From: Eremomyces bilateralis CBS 781.70 | Lineage: Eukaryota | Direction: 5' to 3' (one strand) | Assembly: GCA_010015585.1 (NCBI GenBank) | Contig: ML975182.1 | Length of the DNA: 64,000 bases | In this document: positions 26,356 to 37,747 of the stretch, one piece after another | Position numbering within the stretch: the first letter of the stretch is position 1 | Layout: the number at the start of each line of letters is the position of its first letter | The notes under the pieces: generated by a model | What the model saw: only the letters and a program-made list of their open reading frames with translations | Told to the model about the DNA's origin: nothing | The model's database searches: none | Translations under genes and position numbers: made by a program

Positions 26356-26906
26356 CTAGCCTACCCCACTCCAGCGGAAGCCCTTTCCAGCCCTCTCTTC
26401 CGCTCTTACATGTCTAGCTCGAGCTGTCTCGGCGGACCTGAGGACCGCCGCCACGGATGACGGCAACTCACCAACGCCTGGAGGCCTTGGGAGGGGGTCA
26501 TGGCATGTCCAGAGCCGTTTGGCGGGGCTTGGGGTGCGGTCCTGTTTGCTGTGGGTGGTTAGAGGCTTCTGCGCCCTGCGGGTGGAGCACTAATACTGGA
26601 GCTGCCGTCCTGACTTTGTTTGTGGGGGGATTGGAGGGGACTTGGCCGGGTGTGGAGATGGGAGGTGACCTGGAATTCCCGGGCAGAGGTCAATATATTG
26701 CCGGGTTTGGCGTAAATTTATACTAGGCTGGAATCTGAGGGACCAGGGTCGTGCGGAAGAGGGCTGGGTTCACGGTAGAGCACATGCGAGTAATATATAA
26801 TCCCATGTCTCGGAGCTGGCGGGATGGGTTGATACGGACGGATGTTAGGGGTTACACGTTGGATTGTGGGCTGCAGGTACGGGTGTATCGATCGCCTGGC
26901 AGGCAA
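26356..26906 (-). pseudogene. Possible degraded gene with an internal TAA
   Basis: The frame of ORF 26906-26718 continues past its TAA (IYAKPGNILTSAREFQVTSHL...). A canonical-looking intron (gtcagg...ctctaac...cag) joins it in frame to KQDRTPSPAKRLWTCHDPLP...-TAG. Confidence 0.3.
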
Positions 26907-27093
26907 AGATGATTTGCGTGGAGTACACGAGTGCAGATACGTAGGTTGTTGCCGTGATGAAGACTAATTCGTACTCGTTCATGCCACCTGATGATATCAT
27001 TGCCCTAGATAAGGAGAAGGAGTAGGTTGAGTACCAGCATCCCCAAGTAATGCAGGACAGCGCAATGAATGACACCCATCCAAACCAGCCCAA

Positions 27094-29013
27094 TCAAAAC
27101 TCTGGCTTCGCCTTATACAAATTGTCCAAAAACGCCACCGCGAAATCCTTCACGATCGTTTTATCCGGGAAGCTCACCGCCACGCCATACAGCTGCGCCG
27201 TGCTCGTTCCCTTTCCCTTCTTCCGCCCCTCGCGGATCCGTGTCCGCTCCTCCTCCACCATCGCCCCCACCACCACCTTCAGATCCTCCACCAGCGTCTC
27301 CACCGCCCCCACGATCGGCAACGTCACCGCGACGTGCACCGCCGCCGGGTCCTGCGTCGCGTTCAGATCCCACCCGCCCCGCGCCTTCATCGCGTCCTTG
27401 ACCTCGTAGATGTTCAACTGCGGCTCGTCTTTCCCGGCGGGCTTCTTCGCGATGAACGCGAGCACGCTCACCTTTGGATGCCCTACTACCTGCAGATAGC
27501 TGCGTAGCGGCTCCTCCTCCCGCACTGCCCGCTCGAGGTCCCGCGTCGCCCCGACGATGCGGTGACACGCGTCCACGTATCCAGATTCCCCAATGGACAT
27601 CAAGCTGGCCCAGCAGCCCGCGATGAGCGCGCCAGGGCGAGACCCGGCGATGGACGGGCTGGCGTACATGCCACCGGTCCAGTCGATGCTGAGAGAGTAC
27701 TGGTAGGCGCGGAGGGCCTTGGAGCGGTAGAGGAGGGTGGAGTTGCCTTTGGGGGCGAACCCATATTTGTGGGTGTCGCAGCTAATGGAGGTGACGCCTT
27801 TGAGGCGGAAGTCGAAGGGGTCGGCGTCGAAGCCGGCCTTTTCGAGGAAAGGGACGAGGAAGGAACCGAGGCAGCAGTCGACGTGGAGGGGGAGGGAGTA
27901 GCGGAGCGCGAGGCGGGAGAGCGCGCTGATGTCGTCGATGATGCCGTGGGGGTAGTTGGGGGCAGAGCCAATGAGGATGACGGTATTGCTGTTGATGTGG
28001 GCGTAGACGGAGGGCATGTGGACTTTGTAGGAGGGTGCGGGGCATGGGACGAGGTGCATTTTGATGTTGAAGTAGTCGGCGGCTTTATGGAAGGCAGCGT
28101 GTGCGGTAATGGGGACGATCCTGGGTAGAGTTAGGAATGTTGATAGCGGTAGCGTAGGAGACTTACATCTCGGGCTCGGTGACGCCTCGCTCCTTGTATG
28201 CCTTTTGCCGTGCAGCAAAGCACGCCATGAGGATGGATTCAGTCCCGCCACTGGTTGTGATGCCCGCCCCATCAGCTGGTGCATTAAACAACGACAGAAC
28301 CTGTATAAATTCAGCAATTGTCCACCCCCCAAAGAGACATCTCACCCACCATCGCCACAATCTCCGCCTCCATCTTCCTCACCCCCGGAAACACATCCGG
28401 ATGCAACGGATTCGCCACGGTGAACGTCCCAAACGCCTCCGTCTGCAACCTCGACAACTGCTCCCCCCCATGATACACCGTCCCGGACACCCTCCCTTCC
28501 TCCCACCTCGGCCTCACCATTCCCGCCAAGCTCTTCAATTCTTCGCGCACCCGCTCCTCGCTCCACCCCTCGCTCGGCAGCGCCGTGTGCCGCACCACAT
28601 CCCGCCCTGTCGGGATCATGTCGAGCTCCAGCTGGCGGATCACCACGCGCTTCTCGCGCTGCACCTTGGCGCGGACGAAGGGCGCGGACTGGAGAAGGCG
28701 GTAGGCAGTCTTCTTCACGGAGAGGGAGAAGCCGAGGACGGTGCCGAGGAGGCCGTAGCCACGGACATGGCGGTAGGTTTTGCGGGACCAGCGGAAGAGG
28801 AAGAGGAGGAAGACGAGATTGCGGAGGCTGTGGAGGGGGTTAGCACTTAGCAGGATGTTTGGGGGGTTTGGAGGGGTGGGGCTAGTGGGAGTGGAGGGAT
28901 GCTGTTGGGGAGACGTACAGGTCGATATTCAGCTCGAGCAGTCGGCGTCGACTAGTTGATCGCTGGGCAGCGAGGGTGTCGCGGAGGCTGACGGGAAGCC
29001 GTGATGAACCCAT
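27094..29013 (-). CDS. DPL1: Sphingosine-1-phosphate lyase (PLP-dependent)
   Basis: N-terminal TM segment, WEEGRVSGTVYHG, NPLHPDVFPGVRKMEAE, TTSGGTESILMA, AHAAFHKAA, LHVDCCLGSF, SISCDTHKYGFAPKG (PLP lysine), GSRPGALIAGCWA. Three introns. Confidence 0.97.
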
Positions 29014-29453
29014 CGTGTATGGAATACGGAGTATGGATGAAATGGGAGAGATGCGGACAATGGTCGGGGACAATCGCAACTTTGAAGGATGGGACGTGGA
29101 AGACGAGATCGGCGTTCTATGAAGTCCATCATCACATGCGGTTGGATGCGGACAGGGTTGGGGGTTGGGGTAACTCGGAAGGTGCTACCGACCGATGATA
29201 TCATTGGTTGGAAAGCAGGGAAGGTGCGTGGTGGATCAGGACATGGAGTATGGAGTGGTAGGAATAGGACCGTCAACCATATCGTATTCCATGAACGTTC
29301 AGCATAGGGTTTTGGATGGGTTCATATTAGAAATGTATCACATCGCCTCATAAATCATCCTCATCGCTCCCTTCCCAACGCCCCCAGAATCCCCATCTCC
29401 CACGCCATCCCCACATCCATCATCTCCCGCCTCCCCACATTCACCCATCCCAT

Positions 29454-29828
29454 CTACGCACCCAGCGGCTCATACCCACCCGACGCATGCGCGGCGCGAT
29501 TCGAGAACAGATAATAGATTATTAATCCGCCGATAGGGAACAAGAAGACCAGCAGACACCAGAGGACCTTATTGAGCGCCGGGCGATTGGATTTGAGGAC
29601 CTCGACTGGAGGGGTTAGCTTTTACGACAGATCGTAGAGAGGGAGGCGATGAAGGTATGGCTCGAAGGACTTACGAAACACTATCACGTCTAAGACTAGC
29701 ACGACGAAGCCCAGAACCCCGCCGCCGGCGCCGTACTGCCACGCGTTGCCATGGCCTTCGGTGTGCATGGTGGGCGCGGCGGAAGCGAGAGAGAAGAGGA
29801 GGAAGTGGAGGAGGGAGAGGAGGAGCAT
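29454..29828 (-). CDS. Small signal-peptide membrane protein with PLDc_N-like two-TM hairpin
   Basis: Signal peptide, then GGVLGFVVLVLDVIVF / intron / LEVLKSNRPALNKVLWCLLVFLFPIGGLIIYYLFSNR, a typical PLDc_N pattern. Confidence 0.88.
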
Positions 29829-30785
29829 GGTGAGGGTTCGTAGAGGTGAGTGGCTCTGGTTTGGTTTGGTTGGGAGGTGGGTTGAGTTGGGGATGCTGAG
29901 GAAGCCCCGGGAGTCTTGGAGAGTTGATTGCTGTGATTTGGATGGAAGGTGGAGAAAGTAGGTCTATCAAGATACCTGTCGTGTGAGTACCGTACTGCAA
30001 GTAATAAAGTCGAGGTTGAGGCCGAAATATTGCGAGAGACTAAGAGGGAGAGAGGCTTGATGTTGGTCGTGGATGGTTGCTGGCTTCTGGTACGCATGCA
30101 TGCACGAAGGATGACGTCACCAAACGACAACGCAAGCTTCCTGTTCTGCCTGATCACGGCATTGGCTCCGAGTGCTGGATCGAGTGAAGCAAGATAAGAG
30201 ATCTTACACAATGAACGGCGGAGTTTGGGGTATGTTTGGATTCGCTAGGAATTGAAGACTTCGGGACCTGAGTAGAGATGTAAATCACTGATGGTCGAGG
30301 CAAGGTAAATGTTCGGTTGAGAAGTAGTAGTCAATCTCAAAGTCAAGTCGCTTCATTCATTTATAAAGCCTATCAAGCCAGTCCACACAAGCTCTCGCTC
30401 ACCTCGCTATGTAATTATCGTCATTCCGTTCATGATCCATTCTCGTAATAATACATGTTCGCTTCATAAGAAGTCATATCGTCCCTCGCTGCCATCGTCC
30501 CTCCGTTGGCACCCGCTCAGTAACGCCGTGGGGAATGATCAAGTGACAGACAGATGGAACAACGACCACGGTGTGTGTCATGGTCATATCCGAAAATGCA
30601 TGCATGGAAGAAGTGCCCGACCCCCCATTTCAAAATCCCGCCATGAGGCAAATCGCAACGAACCATTAATCATATAAACCATCCCTAAGCACACCCGAAA
30701 CATCTGTCTAGGTTCTCGCAGGAATTCCTTTGAAAAAAAACACTTCCACTCGCTCGGTGTAGTGCGAAAAGACGCTGGTATGTCC

Positions 30786-32525
30786 TCAGTAATCTTCTGC
30801 GGAAAATCCAGAGAGCTCCGCAAGCCCGTCCCACAGCTCCTCCCAAGGCGACTTCGTCTTGACCGTGATCGAAGGCTCGTGGACGATGTCGTCCTCCATA
30901 TTGCCTTCCGCAGTGGTTTCCACGGTGTGGATTTCGACAACTTCGGTAACAGACATCCCATGTTCTCCGGTTTCTTTGGTCTGCTCGACTCCTTCCTCCT
31001 CCCATTTCTCATTCACGATCTCGGCGATGATCTCTTCGACCTCGCTCAACTGAGAAGATCCCTCCTCCGATGCTTCTTCCGCGGTCTCGACAATGGTCTC
31101 TTCTACCTCACTGATCTGAGAAGCCACCTCTTCTGATGCTTCTTCCACGGTCTCGGTGACGATCTCTTGTGCCTCGGTGATCTCACACTCTTCCCTTTCT
31201 TCTTCCACTGTCTCGGAAACCGCGTCTCCATCCAGTTCGCAAGGCCTTTCGATCGGCGATATTTCATGTGCCACAACACTCTTCGCTGGAGCAGTGACCG
31301 CTCGATTCTGAAGCGATGGCCGCTTGATCCGGAGTAAGCGGCGTCGTTTCGTCGGACTGGTTGTCGGGGTCGAGATGTTGCTGCGCTTCATCGACGAAGT
31401 GTCGGAGGCGACGGACGGCTGCCGGAGCGGGGATCGGTAGGTTGGGGCGAATGCATTCGAAAGCTGCGAGCCGGAAAGGAAGTCGTCTCCTTCGTCGGAC
31501 GCGCGGACTCGGGTGGACGAGGCAGGCGATTGGGAGGGGTGGATGCGCATTTCCTCGCGGAGGAGATCGATCTCGTGGTCGAGACTGTCGGGCTCGCTGG
31601 GCTTGATCGATTCGGCGTGCGTGGAGTGGGAGCTGATTTTGAGTCCACGGTATGCGGCCTGTAAGTCGGAGGCGCGCAGTTGGAGCTTGAGATAGAAGAG
31701 CTCGGAGTGGTCGAGTTCGGATGCCTTGCGGAGGGCTTCGTTCTCGGCTTGCAGGTCGATGATGCGGGTGGCAGCGGTGTCCAGACGGAGGGTGTTCATG
31801 TCGTTCAAGTGTTTGATCTCTTCGTATCGTGCGCGAAGTTCGGTGGCAGCTCGGGAAATGCGCGCGACCAGTTCATGTTGCTCTTCCAATGCACGGGCGG
31901 GAAAGAAGAGCCCTGCCTTCTTCGAAGAGCGACTAAGATGGCTAGTAGCTGCTAGGCTCTTGTCAGAATACGATACTCGTCGACCAAGCTCTTTAATATC
32001 TTCAGGTGCGACATCACTGTCACTGTTCTCAAACTGACCAACTCCATTGCCGTCTCCGTGTTCGTCACTTCCGTCCGTCTCTTCAAATTCAAGGTCATCT
32101 TCATCATCAATGAATAAGCCACTGTCCCCAAGCACTGCTTCCTTTGTCTGACTGATAGGCGCCGTGAGATCTGATTCGATGTTCTCGACACGACTGTTGA
32201 GCAAAGCAGTTTGTTCCTCGGTCAGGTTCTCGCGTTCGTGGATGCAGATAGCAATATCGCGCAGTCGCTGTAAGAGAGCGCGTTGAGGGGTGTTCGCTGG
32301 GGGTTCAATGGGAGAAGAGGAGATCTCATCGATTGAACTTTCCTGAAGGGTATGCGGGATGACGGGGTATCCCAGTTTGCCATTTTCGACAGTGAATCGG
32401 TGGGAATCGCGGGGATCGGTGTCAGGGGAGATCGAGAGATCGGTATAGTAATCGGAGTACGGGGAATCCATCAGTCTGGCTGATTGTGGCATGGTTCGGG
32501 GTGGTGGGGTGGTCGGAGAGGGCAT
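30786..32525 (-). CDS. Hypothetical coiled-coil protein (~579 aa, intronless) with acidic C-terminal repeats
   Basis: Long open frame from ATG at 32525. Coiled-coil-like ELRARYEEIKHLND...LQAENEAL, Glu-rich repeats, C-terminal KSPWEELWDGLAELSG. Confidence 0.85.
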   Translation of the reverse strand: MPSPTTPPPRTMPQSARLMDSPYSDYYTDLSISPDTDPRDSHRFTVENGKLGYPVIPHTLQESSIDEISSSPIEPPANTPQRALLQRLRDIAICIHERENLTEEQTALLNSRVENIESDLTAPISQTKEAVLGDSGLFIDDEDDLEFEETDGSDEHGDGNGVGQFENSDSDVAPEDIKELGRRVSYSDKSLAATSHLSRSSKKAGLFFPARALEEQHELVARISRAATELRARYEEIKHLNDMNTLRLDTAATRIIDLQAENEALRKASELDHSELFYLKLQLRASDLQAAYRGLKISSHSTHAESIKPSEPDSLDHEIDLLREEMRIHPSQSPASSTRVRASDEGDDFLSGSQLSNAFAPTYRSPLRQPSVASDTSSMKRSNISTPTTSPTKRRRLLRIKRPSLQNRAVTAPAKSVVAHEISPIERPCELDGDAVSETVEEEREECEITEAQEIVTETVEEASEEVASQISEVEETIVETAEEASEEGSSQLSEVEEIIAEIVNEKWEEEGVEQTKETGEHGMSVTEVVEIHTVETTAEGNMEDDIVHEPSITVKTKSPWEELWDGLAELSGFSAEDY

Positions 32526-33729
32526 GATGGAGATGTGAAATTGTGAAGAAGCAGAGCAAACGTTCAACAAGAAGATAGAGGAGAGATAAGAGGACTGGAG
32601 TGAAGTTCAAAGTGGTGATGCACAATGCGCCGGATCTGAAAGTGATAGATCGGGGATAGACACTATGCGACAATCGTTCAATAAGTCACAGGCAGCTGCC
32701 GACTTCAATGGCTGGGCTATCTCCGTGAGGATTTGTGGTGGTGAGGTGGTGGAAAAGGATTCATGGTGGAGATGGAAAGTCTCCAGACGCCGAATAGATA
32801 ATAATCCCGTTCACATGGCCGTGGGAGTGAAGTGAAAGAGGAGGAGTGTTTGCAGAACGGAGAGAGATAGTGACGAACAGAGGCTGGTAAGCTGTAGCGG
32901 ATGCGAATACTAGTAGTAGAAATTGTGAGAACGGTGGAGTGAACGGTGAGCGGTCATCTGGTCCGATGCTGCAACTTGGCGTTCTGCAGGCTGGGTGGAT
33001 TATGTAAGGAGTGAACCCCGCCATCGTGATTACCCATATTGCTGGATGCCTGGCTCCTTCTCTGGTCTCCCGTGATTTCTAGTCACACCTGCTGCACCGC
33101 CACACCGGGCGCCTAGGCGATAAGGCGATAAGGCGATGCTGCCATGAGGCACCAAGGAGAACCCTGTGCTACCTGGCCAATCAAGATACGATTTCTGTTT
33201 TGGGTAACTATGCATGCAGCTCCCCGGTCTACTTCTATCATCATCATAAACATCGTCTGCTGTCATTTCTCCTCGGTTTCTATCAACTGGTTTGTCCTCG
33301 CCGTGGGGACCCTCTGTCCAACTCTGCTATATCAAGTCTCTCCTTACTATGCAATTCCTCTCGCTTTGACTGAGTAAGTAAATCAACGTTGATCGCTCCA
33401 GGCGTACTAACCAGCAGATCCACCTGCCGTCCAAATTCCAAAGACTCGGTTTTATCCTGACGGCGCAATCTCAGTTAGCGACTATGGGCTCATCAGCCAT
33501 CACTAGACACTAAGCAGACTTACTAGAGAGGCATTGAGTCTCGGCCAAATTCCAGACACACAGACCCCCGTATTTAATCCCTCACACAGGTTCTGACCTC
33601 CCATCTCACTCACACTTATTTCGTGCCTGGGTGTCCTCTACACCACCACCCGCTCCAGTGGTGCTACAGCTCAACGGCCACGGGAATAGTGGTAGCAACG
33701 GCCAAAGCTACCTTTCTCATGTGGCTGAA

Positions 33730-33900
33730 ATGGACCGCGCTGCAGAGCAAAGGGCCCGAGCAGTGGAGCAAATGGAATGGCCTGTAGAGCAACGGGGGGG
33801 AGCTGTGGAGCAAATGGACTGGGCTGTCGAGCAAAGAGCGCGAGCTGCAGAGCAACGGGCGGGAGCAGTGGAGCGAATTGGGCCGGCTGAGCTTCGGCTA
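33730..33900 (+). repeat. Coding 21-bp (7-aa) tandem repeat, about 8 units
   Basis: MDRAAEQ-RARAVEQ-MEWPVEQ-RGGAVEQ-MDWAVEQ-RARAAEQ-RAGAVER-IGPAELR, with gagcaa recurring every 21 bp. Confidence 0.85.
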
Positions 33901-36378
33901 GGTGAAGAGAGAAGGAGAGAGCAGAAGCGAGCAAAACGGGCTCGGAGAGCGGCTCAGCGTGCCGAAAAGGCCACAAAACATAGAGCGAACTCTCAAGGCG
34001 GAGGGGCCTTCGGTGCTGTCGGAGGAATGGTGGATGCTTCTGGAGCTCTTGCATTCTACCCACTGATGGCCGGAGCACCTGAATCTCCGATGGCATCAAA
34101 TCCATTCATGCCACACCCACCCGCTTCATTTGCTGCACCGGGGACTCAAATGGTACCCCAGACTCCACCCATGCAGTTTCATGGCCCATACCTTCAAGGA
34201 TCGGGAATTCCAGTCGCGGCAGCACCGGTTCAATACTGCCCGGCTGCTCCAGAGCCCAAACCCACACGGAACGGGCCTCAGTATGGATCCACTCCCGTCG
34301 ACAGTAAGTGGGTATCAGAGCCTAAGTTCACACGGAGTGGGACACAATATGGATCTTTAGTCGGCCAATTTGTGCCAGAGCCAGGACCTCGACCGTTACA
34401 GAATTTTATCCAGTCTGGGCAAGTTCCGAGTCAACCCACAAGCAGAAACAGCACAGGGAATTCAATGGCACTCCAACTTCCTTCCCTCCCGATGCCCCCT
34501 GGAACACAACATGGACAACTAGCGCAGCAGGGGTCGCATAGTACCACGGTGCGAAGCAAGGGACCGCCGGTCCTGAGGGTTGTAGTGAGTCAAGGGCCAA
34601 GTGGCCTCCCTACAAAGCCGACTTCCCCGACTTTGCTGGGTCATGACCACTTGCCACGACTTTCATTACCCGCACGTCCGGTGTCCAAAGATGAGAGAAA
34701 ATCTATGGTCTCCCGTCTTCGGGAGTACCATGCTGCGGAATCCGAGTCTGGATACTCGCCAGTCTTCCACGGGCAGGTGTTCATCCAGGACATGGTACAG
34801 GCTTTCCGGTATGCTTTACGGGCCGAGGAGATTTCCCTCGCAACCCCTGGAGCCGGAAAGCCGGAACTCGTGTTCTGGACTGATGCCTCCGCCGCTAACC
34901 CGTGTTGCCGCCACGCAGGTGTTGGCCTGACGAGCCAATGCAACGTCATAGGCATAGAGTGCATTGAAAACGCACTCGCGGTCACCGGCCTGCCCTCAGT
35001 CTCCTTTGCGGAATTGTTTGCGGTGGCCTGTGCCCTCGAGGCTGCGGCAGAGCATATCCAGAAATGGATGAAAGCCAGAGATCTCGTGGCACGGAATGAT
35101 TTGCCTGAAGTGACTGTTTTCACTGACTCGCAGGATGTCCTCCGTATGTGCATGATGCCGGATCCTCGGCACCGCACCGAACCTACCATGCTCAAACTCG
35201 CAGCCCATTCAACCTGGCTTCATCGAACCGGTGTGAGCATGCAGTTACATTGGGTTCCAGGCCACGCTGGCATCAAAGGCAATGAACGAGCAGATTCTCT
35301 TGCCGGACAGGCGAGAAGCTATGCGCAGTTCATCGCCAAGAGGAATAATTTGTCTTCTGCCCAGATCAAGGCCCGCGGACTCTTCCAGTATGAGCTGCCT
35401 CCTGGTTTTGATGTGTCGCATTGGAATCCGCGCCAGTCAATCCAGTCAGAAGCTGCTGGGGCGACAACCTCGAAAGGAAAAGAGAGAGCCGTCACCGCGA
35501 ATAATTCACTTGCTGGTTCTATCGTGCAGCTTCGCCGATCTAAACTGCATGACAATTGTCCAAAGGCAGCAACAGATGGCCATTCAGTGTCGAAGCCGGA
35601 TTGGGCTGGGGAAGTTGTTGACTTAACAGAAGACTCTGATCCAGAGTATTTGCGGGACGACTCGATGCCAAGAATCATTGGACAGAGCGCCGACTCTACG
35701 GCTCCGGTACATCCGACGAACCAAATGGCCAACGCGATGGATGGACAGGGAGGATCAGTAGCCACAGCACCTCGTGGAAATGACCTCCTCTCATCAGACC
35801 CGCAGGAAGCGATTAACTCACTCCTGGATGGCATTCACAATCCTCCCTCCCGCCACCGCCAACAATTCATGGTCCCTGTATCCTCCGATACGCATATGGA
35901 AGACGGGGAGATCTGCGAGTCTCCTCGTATCCACGCACCGCATCGGCAAGCCTCATCACAACAGGGACCAATCTTCAAGGCCGATGATTTTGCAAGAGAA
36001 ACCGCAACTACTCTTTCAACCACGAACACGAGCATGCCACCAATGACCACGGGTTCATCGACGCGAACTGGTACGGATTGCGACACCCCCCACTCCGAAG
36101 TCGACTGGGACGCCCTGATCTCCGCCCTCGATAACTCCACCGCCGCATCTACCGCCAGCAGCCACGATGACGCAGGCACGGGAGCGTCTGACCAAGCGCC
36201 ATCGGGACGACGCTTCGTGACTCCAGCACATCGTGGGAATCGGGGCCATCGGGAGCTTCGGAAGGGGAGATGGAATAAGGAGCGGAACCGGTTGTATCGG
36301 GAAGAGAGTTTGGGGATGGAGGAAGGGTGGCGGAGTTCAATTGAAGATGGGGTAGCATTGAGGATGGGCCCGGATTGA
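33730..36378 (+). CDS. Intronless protein with an intact RNase H1-like domain and N-terminal heptad repeats
   Basis: Open frame 33631-36378, first ATG at 33730. RNase H motifs VFWTDAS, AELFAVACALE, VFTDSQ and LHWVPGHAGIKGNERADSLA. No RT, endonuclease or gag motifs. Confidence 0.88.
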   Translation: MDRAAEQRARAVEQMEWPVEQRGGAVEQMDWAVEQRARAAEQRAGAVERIGPAELRLGEERRREQKRAKRARRAAQRAEKATKHRANSQGGGAFGAVGGMVDASGALAFYPLMAGAPESPMASNPFMPHPPASFAAPGTQMVPQTPPMQFHGPYLQGSGIPVAAAPVQYCPAAPEPKPTRNGPQYGSTPVDSKWVSEPKFTRSGTQYGSLVGQFVPEPGPRPLQNFIQSGQVPSQPTSRNSTGNSMALQLPSLPMPPGTQHGQLAQQGSHSTTVRSKGPPVLRVVVSQGPSGLPTKPTSPTLLGHDHLPRLSLPARPVSKDERKSMVSRLREYHAAESESGYSPVFHGQVFIQDMVQAFRYALRAEEISLATPGAGKPELVFWTDASAANPCCRHAGVGLTSQCNVIGIECIENALAVTGLPSVSFAELFAVACALEAAAEHIQKWMKARDLVARNDLPEVTVFTDSQDVLRMCMMPDPRHRTEPTMLKLAAHSTWLHRTGVSMQLHWVPGHAGIKGNERADSLAGQARSYAQFIAKRNNLSSAQIKARGLFQYELPPGFDVSHWNPRQSIQSEAAGATTSKGKERAVTANNSLAGSIVQLRRSKLHDNCPKAATDGHSVSKPDWAGEVVDLTEDSDPEYLRDDSMPRIIGQSADSTAPVHPTNQMANAMDGQGGSVATAPRGNDLLSSDPQEAINSLLDGIHNPPSRHRQQFMVPVSSDTHMEDGEICESPRIHAPHRQASSQQGPIFKADDFARETATTLSTTNTSMPPMTTGSSTRTGTDCDTPHSEVDWDALISALDNSTAASTASSHDDAGTGASDQAPSGRRFVTPAHRGNRGHRELRKGRWNKERNRLYREESLGMEEGWRSSIEDGVALRMGPD

Positions 36379-37747
36379 AGGCTCTTGAGGCTAGGACTGG
36401 GCTGTTCTTTTTCCTTGCTTTCGGTATATGGTGCCAAGGGGAGGGTGTTGCAATGCGGAGGAATCAGAGGTTGAAGATGAACGTTGTGTGATGCTATCCG
36501 GGCATTGACTGTACACTGATATCGCCCGTGGATATGAAACGAACATCAGGGCGAGTCTGGGTATCCAACTCCGCGTACGTTGTTCTGCTTGTCGGGGAGT
36601 TATGAGCCGTGTCTGGGACTCTATGATTAGATGATGAGATCGTCTGTGAAGCCATGTATATGTACGAATGGAATGAATATCAATATAAAACCCGCCCTCG
36701 AATTATATCCGGGATGACCGTGGATATGCTACTTATTGGCGAGCCACTTCGATATGATATGATCGCGCGACTGAATCCTCGCTTGTGGTCTGTTAGGTCT
36801 ACACCTAGGAATAATATCACTGATCTGCGCCTTGATGAACTCCCTCCGCCTTTGCCTCTCCACTGCAGCATCGTTTCGTTCTACGCAACCCCAGAACCAA
36901 GGAAACTATGCAATAGACGTTTTCCTCCTCCAACCCAACCCAGTGATTCAGTGACCGCGTGCCACGCGTCCACAAAACCCGCCTCCTGTTTCCCAACCCC
37001 CTTTCTCCAACGGGTACAGAACTAGGGAGTGACCAAAGTCGCCGTCGTACCCCCTCCAATGGTCGGCGTCCCGCATGCCGTGTGCCCACACGTAGCAAAA
37101 TAGTAACACAAATGCACTGGCTGGATAGCTCTGTAAACGGCCGTTGCGGAAGCGATTTTGGTAATTCCCGGACCAGTATTCGACAGTCCCAGAAGGAGGA
37201 AATTTCGGATACCTGTACCGAGCTAGCGGCCCTATCTGAAGGTGATTGCGACACCTGTTTAATATCCCATCGTGTGGCGGGTTTGTTAGGTCACCTACCG
37301 GTAGTCAACTCCTCCTGATCCACCCACCTTCGAGAACCCTATTGTATCCCCATCCTCCACGATCTGCCACAAAATCAAAGATCGATTCCCACAACTGCAA
37401 AATTCTTCCAAAACAAACGCAGATAACGGATATGAAGCCCAAAAAATAAAACCATGCAGCAATGGGAGTTCCCTATAACTCTCCTGGCGGTATGGAGGAT
37501 GTCGAAATCAGAGGGTCAATGTCGCCGAAGACGCAGGTCCGTCGAAAATACTCTCTCTGCAGCCATGGTAAGGATTGTAAAGATGCCGTTTCTCCCTAGT
37601 TGTCCAGCCTCGCTCTCGGAGTCTTGTTCGCAGTCTACAGTCCTCTCCTTTAGTTCCAGTTTCATCAGTTGGGCGGTAGTCGACGCTATCAACGCTCCAA
37701 TCAGCAAAAGTTCTTTCTCTACACCTATTCAAAGAAACTACTTGACA

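Noticed and set aside
36400..37747. Starship left boundary or 5S rDNA target upstream of the recombinase
   Set aside because: No 5S rRNA or tRNA seen. Short TTAC-type motifs are too common to call without an empty-site comparison.
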